Below are positions 18,573-26,491 of a DNA stretch of 64,000 nt, one piece after another. Under the pieces are notes generated by a model. It was not told where the DNA came from and made no database searches. It saw only the letters and a program-made list of their open reading frames with translations. How positions within the stretch are numbered: the stretch's first letter is position 1; each line of letters starts with the position of its first letter. Position numbers and translations under genes: made by a program. Source of the stretch: Bacillota bacterium (lineage in GTDB: Bacteria; Bacillota; Clostridia; Lachnospirales; Lachnospiraceae); assembly GCA_023391695.1 (NCBI GenBank), contig JAEWAK010000008.1, positions 56,081-120,080 of the forward strand, in the 5' to 3' direction.

Positions 18573-19934
18573 CTAATTGATACCTGTTCCCGTTAAAGGA
18601 TTGAAGTTTGCCATACTGGTTTTCCAGGTGTTGTTTAACTCTGCTGCACAGGAAGCCATCTCACGCTCTCCGGTCAGATACTCAATCACAGTCTTGTACA
18701 TAAAATTACGGAAATCCGGTGGAAGCTCATTGTCGCCTGCAAATCCGTTCCACATAGGACTTAATTTGTCTGCCGTACCCTGTGCATCGATAACTTTCCG
18801 GAACACATCATTTATTTCAAGCTGGGGCTCATTTACCGTTACGGGAATTGCGCTCAGCCTTTCACAGTAAATTTTATATTCCTCCGGAGCAAAGAAAAAC
18901 TTAATAAATTCTTCGGCTGCCGCTTTCTTATTCGGATCGGCTGCCGCTTCTTCGGATACAGCCAGCCCGCCAATACCGGAACCGCCTACGAGGCTTACTT
19001 TTCCGGCCGGACTGGGTACCGGAAACCACCCATATTCAAAATCCGGGTCTGCCTGTTCTATCTGGGAAAACATATGGGTTCCGGAGTACATCATCGCAGA
19101 CATATTGCTTACCAGGAAAGTGGTGATCTGGGCATCCGGTGTTGAAATCCAGCCATCCTGGGCATACTTAAAAATATCCTTTAATTCATTGAAGGCCGCT
19201 GCAATAGCCGGGTCCGAGAAGTCTTTGGTGCCTGCGTAACAGTTCTTAATAAAATCTGGATCCTGGGACAATACCTGGTCATTATATGCCTTGAAAAACC
19301 AGAAGCCCATATGAAAGAGATCCTGCCCCCCAACTACCAGGGGAGACATATCTCCCTTATCTTTAATTGTCTGGCACAGCTTTATAAATTCATCATAGTC
19401 AGCCGGTTCTTTCAAACCGTTGTCGTCAAAATATTTCTTATTATAAATAATACCCTGGGTATTTTCCCCGCTCAAAGGTGCCGTATAAACTTTTCCGTCA
19501 AACTCGGTCGTACTGGTAAAAAGAGAAGTAATCTCCTGAGACAGCACGGCAAGCTTTCCTGCCCTTACATACATTGCGGTATCCCGCATTTCCATTACAT
19601 CCGGAAATTCCCCTACGCTGTCCTTGGTTTTAAGGAATTCACTGTAGGTTCCTCCATTGCCCGGAACGATATTGACCTTAATGTTATCGTGGGAATCGTT
19701 AAAATCCTGTACGATCTGGTTCATGGATGCTTTTGCACCTTCGTCACCGTCTGCAAAAATAAAATCAAGTTCAACCGGGTCCGAGCCTTCGCCTGCGGAT
19801 ACCGTGCTGTCGGTACTCCCTCCTGTTTTAACATTTCCGGAATCGCTGCTCCCAGTGGATTTGCCGCATCCCGCAAGCATTGTCCCCGTTACGGCAATAC
19901 CAAGTAAAAGTGCCATAAGTTTCTTTGCTTTCAT
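18573..19934 (-). CDS. carbohydrate ABC transporter solute-binding lipoprotein
   Basis: Signal MKAKKLMALLLG...LAGC lipobox, Ser/Gly linker, IIYNKKYF; RBS GGGAGG. Confidence 0.9.
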   Translation of the reverse strand: MKAKKLMALLLGIAVTGTMLAGCGKSTGSSDSGNVKTGGSTDSTVSAGEGSDPVELDFIFADGDEGAKASMNQIVQDFNDSHDNIKVNIVPGNGGTYSEFLKTKDSVGEFPDVMEMRDTAMYVRAGKLAVLSQEITSLFTSTTEFDGKVYTAPLSGENTQGIIYNKKYFDDNGLKEPADYDEFIKLCQTIKDKGDMSPLVVGGQDLFHMGFWFFKAYNDQVLSQDPDFIKNCYAGTKDFSDPAIAAAFNELKDIFKYAQDGWISTPDAQITTFLVSNMSAMMYSGTHMFSQIEQADPDFEYGWFPVPSPAGKVSLVGGSGIGGLAVSEEAAADPNKKAAAEEFIKFFFAPEEYKIYCERLSAIPVTVNEPQLEINDVFRKVIDAQGTADKLSPMWNGFAGDNELPPDFRNFMYKTVIEYLTGEREMASCAAELNNTWKTSMANFNPLTGTGIN

Positions 19935-19941
19935 AATACCT

Positions 19942-20008
19942 CCCATCTGTGCGCCCTGGCACACGTATAAATCATGATGTTGAAAAAACTGCTTTTGTTT
20001 TTTCAACC
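19942..20008 (-). repeat. 67-bp two-hairpin dispersed element, copy A
   Basis: 60/67 identical to 53604-53669 and flanked by direct repeat AGGTA. Confidence 0.85.
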
Positions 20009-20064
20009 TACCTTCCTCCTTGCCTCGTGGCTTTTTGAAATCTTGTGACTTCGTTTGCTATTTC

Positions 20065-20127
20065 ACTATACCAGGTTTTTAAAGAGGCAGAAACTCACTT
20101 TTTTAAGGCCTGAATACAAATTTTTTA
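20065..20127 (-). promoter_or_regulatory. putative promoter of the ABC operon with tandem activator sites
   Basis: Extended -10 TGgTATAGT, preceded by direct repeats TAAAAAATTTGTATTCAGGCCT and TAAAAAAGTGAGTTTCTGCCT. Confidence 0.45.
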
Positions 20128-20138
20128 GATATTTTACC

Positions 20139-21230
20139 TTATAAATAATGATCCACAAAATCATAACAGCCGCCGTACCATTCGTGGATTCCTTCAAAAA
20201 CCTGATGCACCGCCCTCTCTTTACTGCCCAAGAGCCGGTACACCCCCTGTATTTTCTCTGCCTGTTCTTTCGGATCGGCAATCCCCCTTGGACCGTTCAG
20301 TACGTCGCGGTTTCCATTTTCCATATATAAATATCTGGGGGCAATCAGGGCAGTAATATCACAGATGTCGGCATACTGCCAGAGTTTCGGAAGATAATTG
20401 CAGGGGCAAAGATGGGTCCCTAAAATGCTGTCATAATAACCGTGGATATATCCGCTTATGACAGCCAATTTAATTCTCTCATCCATTGCCGCCAACCATA
20501 AGGTATTAAGCCCTCCTCCGGAAAAACCGGCACACCCGATTCTTTCCGCATCAATGCAGGACTGCTTTGCCGCAAAATCGACCAGACACATCATATCCCA
20601 TAAAATCAGACCCTGGAAACTAAGGCCCAGTGCTTCCGCGGTCTGAGCCAGATTTCTACAGGAAGAACCCAGTACGCTTTTTTGTCCGCTGTGGGCAAAT
20701 GCCCGCTCTTCTAAAACAGTTTCTTCGATACGTTCGCCGAATCCCGGCGGATCGGGGCACAGTACCACATATCCTCTTTTTACAAATTCCTTACCATAAC
20801 TTTCTTTCGGTGATCTTTCCAATTTTTCTCTTACTTCATCATTGCTTATGACTCCCGCTACCGTATCCTTGTTTGCTCCATGTGCCGGAATTGCAATCAT
20901 AGCCCTATGCTTTTTTCCTTCCCGGGCAGTATCCGGAACCAGCATATAAAAAGGCATATAGACCTGGGGAAGGGTTTCCATCCGAAACTTTTTACGTACA
21001 TACCCGTCCTCCTTTACCTCATTAAGTTCCTCCGGCCTTATATTCCTGTCCCGATAATCCACTCCCATATTTTTTAACTGCTCCATACCAAGGATTTCAT
21101 TCAGCTTGTCCGTTAGTTTCCTTTTCCATAAAGGCAGGTCTTCGGGCCGGTTTATTTCCGATGCCGTCAGTCTGTTCTGATTCTGATACAGATTTTGAAA
21201 AAACTTAAAATAAGAATACTTATTTTCCAT
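20139..21230 (-). CDS. alpha/beta hydrolase (dienelactone hydrolase / carbohydrate esterase-like)
   Basis: Nucleophile elbow GFSGGG; IAPR...ENG.RD; C-terminal His in GIHEW. Confidence 0.8.
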   Translation of the reverse strand: MENKYSYFKFFQNLYQNQNRLTASEINRPEDLPLWKRKLTDKLNEILGMEQLKNMGVDYRDRNIRPEELNEVKEDGYVRKKFRMETLPQVYMPFYMLVPDTAREGKKHRAMIAIPAHGANKDTVAGVISNDEVREKLERSPKESYGKEFVKRGYVVLCPDPPGFGERIEETVLEERAFAHSGQKSVLGSSCRNLAQTAEALGLSFQGLILWDMMCLVDFAAKQSCIDAERIGCAGFSGGGLNTLWLAAMDERIKLAVISGYIHGYYDSILGTHLCPCNYLPKLWQYADICDITALIAPRYLYMENGNRDVLNGPRGIADPKEQAEKIQGVYRLLGSKERAVHQVFEGIHEWYGGCYDFVDHYL

Positions 21231-21321
21231 ATGTATTAATACCTTCTTTCTAATAAAAATCTATAAGCCGCATAATATCATTATAACTTAAAATAGAAAG
21301 CTGTATAGTCTTTATAACAAT

Positions 21322-21365
21322 AAAAAGGCCTGCTGTCCGGTCGCAATCCAGACAAGCAGCCCTTT
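21322..21365 (-). terminator. terminator after GH94
   Basis: GC-rich stem CTGCTGTC / GACAAGCAG followed by a T tract on the minus strand. Confidence 0.5.
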
Positions 21366-21423
21366 ATAAGAAGGTTTTCCATTTTATGCTTGGTACTTAA
21401 TATCAATGAATTCAACTTAGTAC

Positions 21424-21507
21424 CAGTATACCGCAAAGCGGGGCGTTCGAAACGGTGCAATGATTTTTCAAACACGCTCTACATGCTCTACACGCTCTAC
21501 ACGCTCT
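21424..21507 (-). mobile_element. truncated MITE arm with tandemly amplified 9-bp terminus
   Basis: 21424-21480 is 44/57 identical to the reverse complement of the left arm of the 25883-26044 element; ACAYGCTCT occurs four times at 21472-21507. Confidence 0.7.
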
Positions 21508-21522
21508 AAGCCTGCTATAACT

Positions 21523-23910
21523 TTACCGGTCCCAAACCGGCAATTTAACCGATACCTGATATACGGTTCCCGGTTTTAATTCTTTCAGAATACCGTCTTT
21601 CATCAGCTTACCGTCCGAATATACTTCCATATCCTGAATACCGGCTTCCCTCCTGATATTTATATGAAGCTCGGCCCCCCTGAAATGACGGACTGCGGAG
21701 GCTTCCTGCCAGTGGGAAGGAAGTTTTGGACTGATACGGATTCCCTCCTGCATCCCTTTTACCCCGAACAGCCCGTCAATCAGGCAGCGGTAATACCAGG
21801 AAATTGTCCCTGTATTAAATAAATGACTGGAACGTCCGGCGGTACGGGGAAACTGCCTGTAGGCACCGCGGTAATAATTGGGTATAAAGACCGGTAACTG
21901 GCCCCTTCTTATTATATCTTCCTTATCCGGCCCGGGAAGCATCTTCCTGAGAAGACGGAAAGCACTGTCATGTTCACCTGCATTATAAAGTGCATAGATA
22001 TAGAAGGCGGCGGCATGATTATAAACAGCCCCGTTTTCCGCCGTTCCCGGATGCTTCTGGGTTACCCTGCCCACATCCTCACGCATGGCGGTATAAGAGG
22101 GCGCCAGCTTTTCCACGCCATAAGGGGACTCAAGCAGTTCTGTTACGGATTTCATTAATTTTTCCTGTTTTTCTCCGTCCGCGGCACCGCAAAGCAATGC
22201 CCAGCCCTGGGGATTGATAAAGATCCGGCCTTCCTGATCCGTACTGATGCCAAAAACCACATTGTCATCGGTTATTCCGCGGGCATACCACTGCCCGTCC
22301 CATAAATACTTATTGATCACTTCATTGGACTTTTTTGCTTCCAGAAAAAATTCCCTGCTTTCCTCGCTCCGTCCGCTCTGTTCACATATACCGGCCCAGA
22401 TAAGGAATGCATAGGCGGAAGCCATGGTAAGCCAGCCGGAAACACCTTTTCCTTTATATCCAACCATATTCATGGGATCACACCAATCACCCTGGTTGAT
22501 ATAATTAAGGCCTCTTTCATCCCTTTCACTGATTAACCAGCGCATGGCCCGGCCGATATGCTCTGCTGCGGTTGCTTTTTCCGTATTATCCGCAAAGGGT
22601 ACCGATTCGTCCAATATGGTATAATCATTTGTTTCCTCCAGATAGGCACCGATACAGATGGGCAGCCATACACAGTGGTCCGTGTGGGGCACCTGGTTGA
22701 TATACTTTAACTCTGCATCCTTATGGAGAAGGATACCGTCCGGCATGGCACCGTTTTCATTCTGCTGGCTTAAGGCGTGAAGGAATGCAGCCCTTGCAAT
22801 TTGGGGATTGATATAGCCCATACCCATATTATCCTGCAGGTAATTCCTGGTCTGGGGGTCCGTAGTCAGACGGTTGGTGATGCCGTGGTAATACATCTGC
22901 CTTGGCAGCCAGTGATTTACAAAGTTATCCAGATCCTTATCCGGTGTTGCTATCCGGATGCAGCCTTTGCCTTCTCCTATGTATTCTGCGTATTCAGCCT
23001 GTGCTGCCCGGAAACCGTCCCTGCCCTTTGCGCCTCTTTCAAGAAAGTATTTCTTACGGATTGAGGCTACTTCCTCCTCGTCTTTAGCCGGTCCGAAAAT
23101 AAAACGGAAATCTTTTTCTTCCTCCGGGTTCAACTCCAGTTTATATTGGAGTACACATACCGGCATTTCATATCTGGAATCCCCATTAGACAGTTCTTCC
23201 GCCTGTACTGCGGAAGGTAAGATAATGCCCCCTTCCCCTTCAAAGGCTTCTTCACTTACTTCCCAGTAATCGGGTTTCTCTTCCGCCAACAGATAGGTTT
23301 TATCGCTGAATTCTTTCATTTTGTAATAATCCTGGTATTTCTGGTAGGGTGATACGGAAGAACATACAATGGCCTGTAAATCTTCCCTATATTCTCCGGA
23401 CTGATTCATCCAGGACATATAACCAACCGTAAAATAGGGATATATACTGATTTTCCTGTTATTGCCCGAATGGTTCACTACTTTAACCTGCCAGAGTTCC
23501 ATGGCATCCTCTTTCGGCAGGCTCAGCCGCATTTCTATTTCTATCTCCTTGTATTTTACCGTCCACCTGATCTCGCTTTTCCCAACGGAAAATTTATAAT
23601 TGTCCGGAAGCTTTCGTACCGGTTCATAGGGTGCCGAGAAAACTTCACCGCTTAATTCATCCTTTACATAAACAAACCGCCCGGGATGGTGAGCATAATA
23701 CGGCTGTTCCGGCTGCATAAAGGTCCTGGCCTCCAGATTTGGCCCATGGGAGTATTTTGCAGGTTCCGGCTGCATAAACTGGGCTGTCGCATACCCGCGG
23801 CAGCTGGCCTGTATCATCATCTTTTCATTCCATAGGAACCCGGTGGCTTTTGGCAGGCTGGTCGGACTGGTCAGTTCATAATATTCATTATCTTCCGTTG
23901 CACCTATCAT
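21523..23910 (-). CDS. GH94 glycoside phosphorylase, cellobionic acid phosphorylase (NdvB-like) subgroup
   Basis: CRGYATAQFMQPEPAKY, TDPQTRNYLQD, QGDWCDPMNMVG and ENGAVYNHA motifs; start set at MIGAT. Confidence 0.82.
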   Translation of the reverse strand: MIGATEDNEYYELTSPTSLPKATGFLWNEKMMIQASCRGYATAQFMQPEPAKYSHGPNLEARTFMQPEQPYYAHHPGRFVYVKDELSGEVFSAPYEPVRKLPDNYKFSVGKSEIRWTVKYKEIEIEMRLSLPKEDAMELWQVKVVNHSGNNRKISIYPYFTVGYMSWMNQSGEYREDLQAIVCSSVSPYQKYQDYYKMKEFSDKTYLLAEEKPDYWEVSEEAFEGEGGIILPSAVQAEELSNGDSRYEMPVCVLQYKLELNPEEEKDFRFIFGPAKDEEEVASIRKKYFLERGAKGRDGFRAAQAEYAEYIGEGKGCIRIATPDKDLDNFVNHWLPRQMYYHGITNRLTTDPQTRNYLQDNMGMGYINPQIARAAFLHALSQQNENGAMPDGILLHKDAELKYINQVPHTDHCVWLPICIGAYLEETNDYTILDESVPFADNTEKATAAEHIGRAMRWLISERDERGLNYINQGDWCDPMNMVGYKGKGVSGWLTMASAYAFLIWAGICEQSGRSEESREFFLEAKKSNEVINKYLWDGQWYARGITDDNVVFGISTDQEGRIFINPQGWALLCGAADGEKQEKLMKSVTELLESPYGVEKLAPSYTAMREDVGRVTQKHPGTAENGAVYNHAAAFYIYALYNAGEHDSAFRLLRKMLPGPDKEDIIRRGQLPVFIPNYYRGAYRQFPRTAGRSSHLFNTGTISWYYRCLIDGLFGVKGMQEGIRISPKLPSHWQEASAVRHFRGAELHINIRREAGIQDMEVYSDGKLMKDGILKELKPGTVYQVSVKLPVWDR

Positions 23911-23996
23911 AATTCTACCTCTTTTCTTTCCTTCTTTATAAAATTGTATATGAAATATTCTACTATAATTAAATATTGCAAACAAGAAAGAAACAA

Positions 23997-24036
23997 GGCC
24001 GGATGTTTTTCGTATTTTCGAAAACAGCATCCGGCC
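23997..24036 (-). terminator. stem-loop after the flavodoxin gene
   Basis: GGCCGGATG / CATCCGGCC stem. Confidence 0.55.
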
Positions 24037-24044
24037 GGGCTTTT

Positions 24045-24701
24045 TTATTCCATACGTGGACAGACAAATTCATATCCCATGTCATAGGCTTTTTTACAAT
24101 CCTCAGGAAATATCTCTTTGCGTCTTTTGGCTTTCTCTTCCGCCTGAAAGGCTGAGGTCTCATACTTGGAATAATCGTCGAACTGATAGGTATCCGTTAC
24201 AAAGAGAGTTTTTGTTTCTCCGAATATCCGCTTTAAGGGCCCTTCAACCGTTGTTAAAAACATTTGTTTATATCCGACCTGCTCTAAATAAGCTTCCGGA
24301 ACATTCATGGTATAAATAAGACCTACGGGCATTTTTTTCTTATACAGGCTTGAGTGATTGCTGTCATAAACCAGATATTGAAATAATAACCGCTCAAGGA
24401 AAGACCTCATTTCCCCCGTTACCATTCCGAAATAAACAGGAGACCCGATCACAAGGGCATCTGCTTCTTCGATTTTCTCTAAAACGGGCTTTAACTCATC
24501 GTTTACGGCGCATTTTCCATAGCTTTTTCCGCCCTGCCTCTTACAGGCAAAACAGCTGATACAACCTTTATAGTTAAGTTCATAAAGATTGATAAGTTCC
24601 GTCTTCGCTCCTGCTAAAGCGGCGCCTTCCAAGGCCTGCTTTACTAATATCCCCGTATTCCAGTTATTTCTCGGGCTGCCGTTAACAGCTATTACATTCA
24701 T
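24045..24701 (-). CDS. flavodoxin family / iron-sulfur flavoprotein
   Basis: NGSPRNNWNT, CISCFACK...C and GSPVYFG motifs; RBS AAAGGAGG. Confidence 0.9.
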   Translation of the reverse strand: MNVIAVNGSPRNNWNTGILVKQALEGAALAGAKTELINLYELNYKGCISCFACKRQGGKSYGKCAVNDELKPVLEKIEEADALVIGSPVYFGMVTGEMRSFLERLLFQYLVYDSNHSSLYKKKMPVGLIYTMNVPEAYLEQVGYKQMFLTTVEGPLKRIFGETKTLFVTDTYQFDDYSKYETSAFQAEEKAKRRKEIFPEDCKKAYDMGYEFVCPRME

Positions 24702-24843
24702 ATTGTATCCTCCTTTATTTGATATGTTTATTTTATACTTTGGGTATCCAAAGCTCAAATCATAGTATTAAGGTATTATATTATCATATAGCTAATAAGA
24801 TATATAGTCAATTACCTCCCTGTTTATGCCACAGAAAGAAAAC

Positions 24844-25018
24844 CGTTACTGTTCGCATCCCTGCCAAAAGCAGCAGTGTTGTGAACAGTAACGCGCTTCG
24901 CGATGCACACAAAACGCAAAGACAGCGTTTTGGCGCGGCAATTCTCCGGTTTTCTGTGACTTTCGCTCCGCTTCACTCACAAAAAACACGTCGCGTGTAC
25001 AGGCAGTGAATAGTAACG
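24844..25018. repeat. REP/MITE-like palindromic intergenic element
   Basis: Left end CGTTACTGTTCG can pair with GTGAACAGTAACG (24881-24893) and with GTGAATAGTAACG (25006-25018); internal GC-rich hairpins. Confidence 0.6.
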
Positions 25019-25122
25019 CTGTTATTTCTTATAGTCTAATTATAAGAAATAACTATTGATAGTTCTATCCAAAATGTAGTATACTTTAGGACAATATTCG
25101 TGTTTTGATATTGGAGGTAATC

Positions 25123-25884
25123 ATGGTATTTTTTGAAAAACATGGAGTGGAAGGAAAAGAAGTTTTTCGGTTTTTTCCATTGAGAAATCATCATTTTCCC
25201 ATTCATTTTCACCGGGCGTATGAACTGATCTATATCAACGACGGGCAGTTATCCGTAACTATTGACCAAAAAGAATATCTGCTACAGAAAAATGATCTGG
25301 CCTTTGTCTTTACGAACCAGATGCATGAATTCAAGACCATTGCTTATTCTAAGATCACGATTTTCCTTTTCTCACCGGAATTGATCGGTGATTTTTACAT
25401 GAATTATAAAGGCTTTATTCCGGTTGATAATGTGCTGCATCCGGATAGGGAACCTGATTTTAAGAAACTGGATACAATCTACAGCCAGAAAAGCTTTCTG
25501 TATGCTGTTTGCGATCACCTGGTAAATCAGACATCATTTGTTCCGGTAAGGCAGTCACCCCAAACCAGAGTACTCTATAAAATACTGCTTTATGTAGAAC
25601 AGAATTATTCGGATGATTGCACTTTAAAGGCCGTAGCAAAACATCTGCAGTACGATTATCCTTACCTATCCAAACTGTTTGTCCGGCTGATGAATATGAC
25701 CTTTACGGATTACTTAAATCATTACCGGATTTCCCAGGCCTGTTATTTATTAAAAAACAGCAGTCAGACGGTTGGGGAAGTCGCTGTCATATGCGGATAT
25801 AACAACTTGAGGACCTTTCACCGTAATTTCAGGGAAATAACCGGCAGGTCTCCGAAACAATATCAGGCGGAAGCCCTTACTTAG
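25123..25884 (+). CDS. AraC family regulator
   Basis: Cupin HFHRAYEL; HTH CGYNNLRTFHRNFREITGRSP; RBS GGAGG. Confidence 0.9.
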   Translation: MVFFEKHGVEGKEVFRFFPLRNHHFPIHFHRAYELIYINDGQLSVTIDQKEYLLQKNDLAFVFTNQMHEFKTIAYSKITIFLFSPELIGDFYMNYKGFIPVDNVLHPDREPDFKKLDTIYSQKSFLYAVCDHLVNQTSFVPVRQSPQTRVLYKILLYVEQNYSDDCTLKAVAKHLQYDYPYLSKLFVRLMNMTFTDYLNHYRISQACYLLKNSSQTVGEVAVICGYNNLRTFHRNFREITGRSPKQYQAEALT

Positions 25885-26044
25885 GCTATGTCTGAAAACT
25901 CATTGCACCGATCTGAACCCTCCGCTTCGCGGTATGCTGCGCCGCAATTTTAGGAATGTAGTCCAGCGACACACCCAAAATCGTTACCTGCCTCCCACAA
26001 AGCGGAACATTCAGTCCGGTACAAGCAGTTTTCAGACACACCCT
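25883..26044. mobile_element. 162-bp MITE (non-autonomous element with terminal inverted repeats)
   Basis: 18-bp TIRs AGGCTATGTCTGAAAACT / AGTTTTCAGACACACCCT (16/18), nested internal inverted repeats, no coding capacity, abuts the araC TAG stop. Confidence 0.75.
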
Positions 26045-26491
26045 GGAAATATTTTGTTGTTAATAAAACGAGATTTAACGCCGTTGCCTTTTTTGTAAAA
26101 GGTTATCCCTATAAAAATAACGCGGGGGGAATCCAAGACCATGGTAAATTACAAAGGAGTATATGAAAATATATATCCATTCAATAATATAATATTTCGG
26201 ACTGGGTTTTGTAATAAACAAGGCTCAGTCCGTTTATTTGGGCTTATATCGGCTTTAAGTGAAATACTGCCATAAAAAAGTTTTTAAAGTTTTATGCATA
26301 AAAAAATAATTCCTGAATATACATGTATTTAAATAATTTAAAATAGCATAACTCTAAAGCGTTACATAAATAAAGTGTCATTCTAACTTGAGGGAATTAA
26401 AGATAGCTGGCCAATCTATGGGAAAGGGGGTCAAAAAAACTTAAGGTCAAATATCTTTAAAAATATAATGAGATTAGGAGTGAATGAAAAA

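Noticed and set aside
19935..20006. 24-aa extension MKKQKQFF... on the binding protein, echoed by LKKQKQFF... before the ACP
   Set aside because: Both are translations of the same inserted repeat and diverge in frame after a 1-bp indel; an extension would displace the lipoprotein signal. Initiation at TTG 20006 cannot be fully excluded because AGGAGG precedes it
21472..21507. Short direct repeats considered as a CRISPR array
   Set aside because: 9-bp units with no spacers; no repeat-spacer array or cas gene anywhere in the window
23911..24030. 40-aa upstream extension of GH94
   Set aside because: Begins inside the flavodoxin terminator; RBS-like AGAGGT precedes ATG 23910
26045..26490. Long intergenic region before the S8 protease examined for c-di-AMP or c-di-GMP riboswitches
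   Set aside because: Only a terminator-like hairpin (about 26198-26232) found; no riboswitch core motifs recognisable by eye
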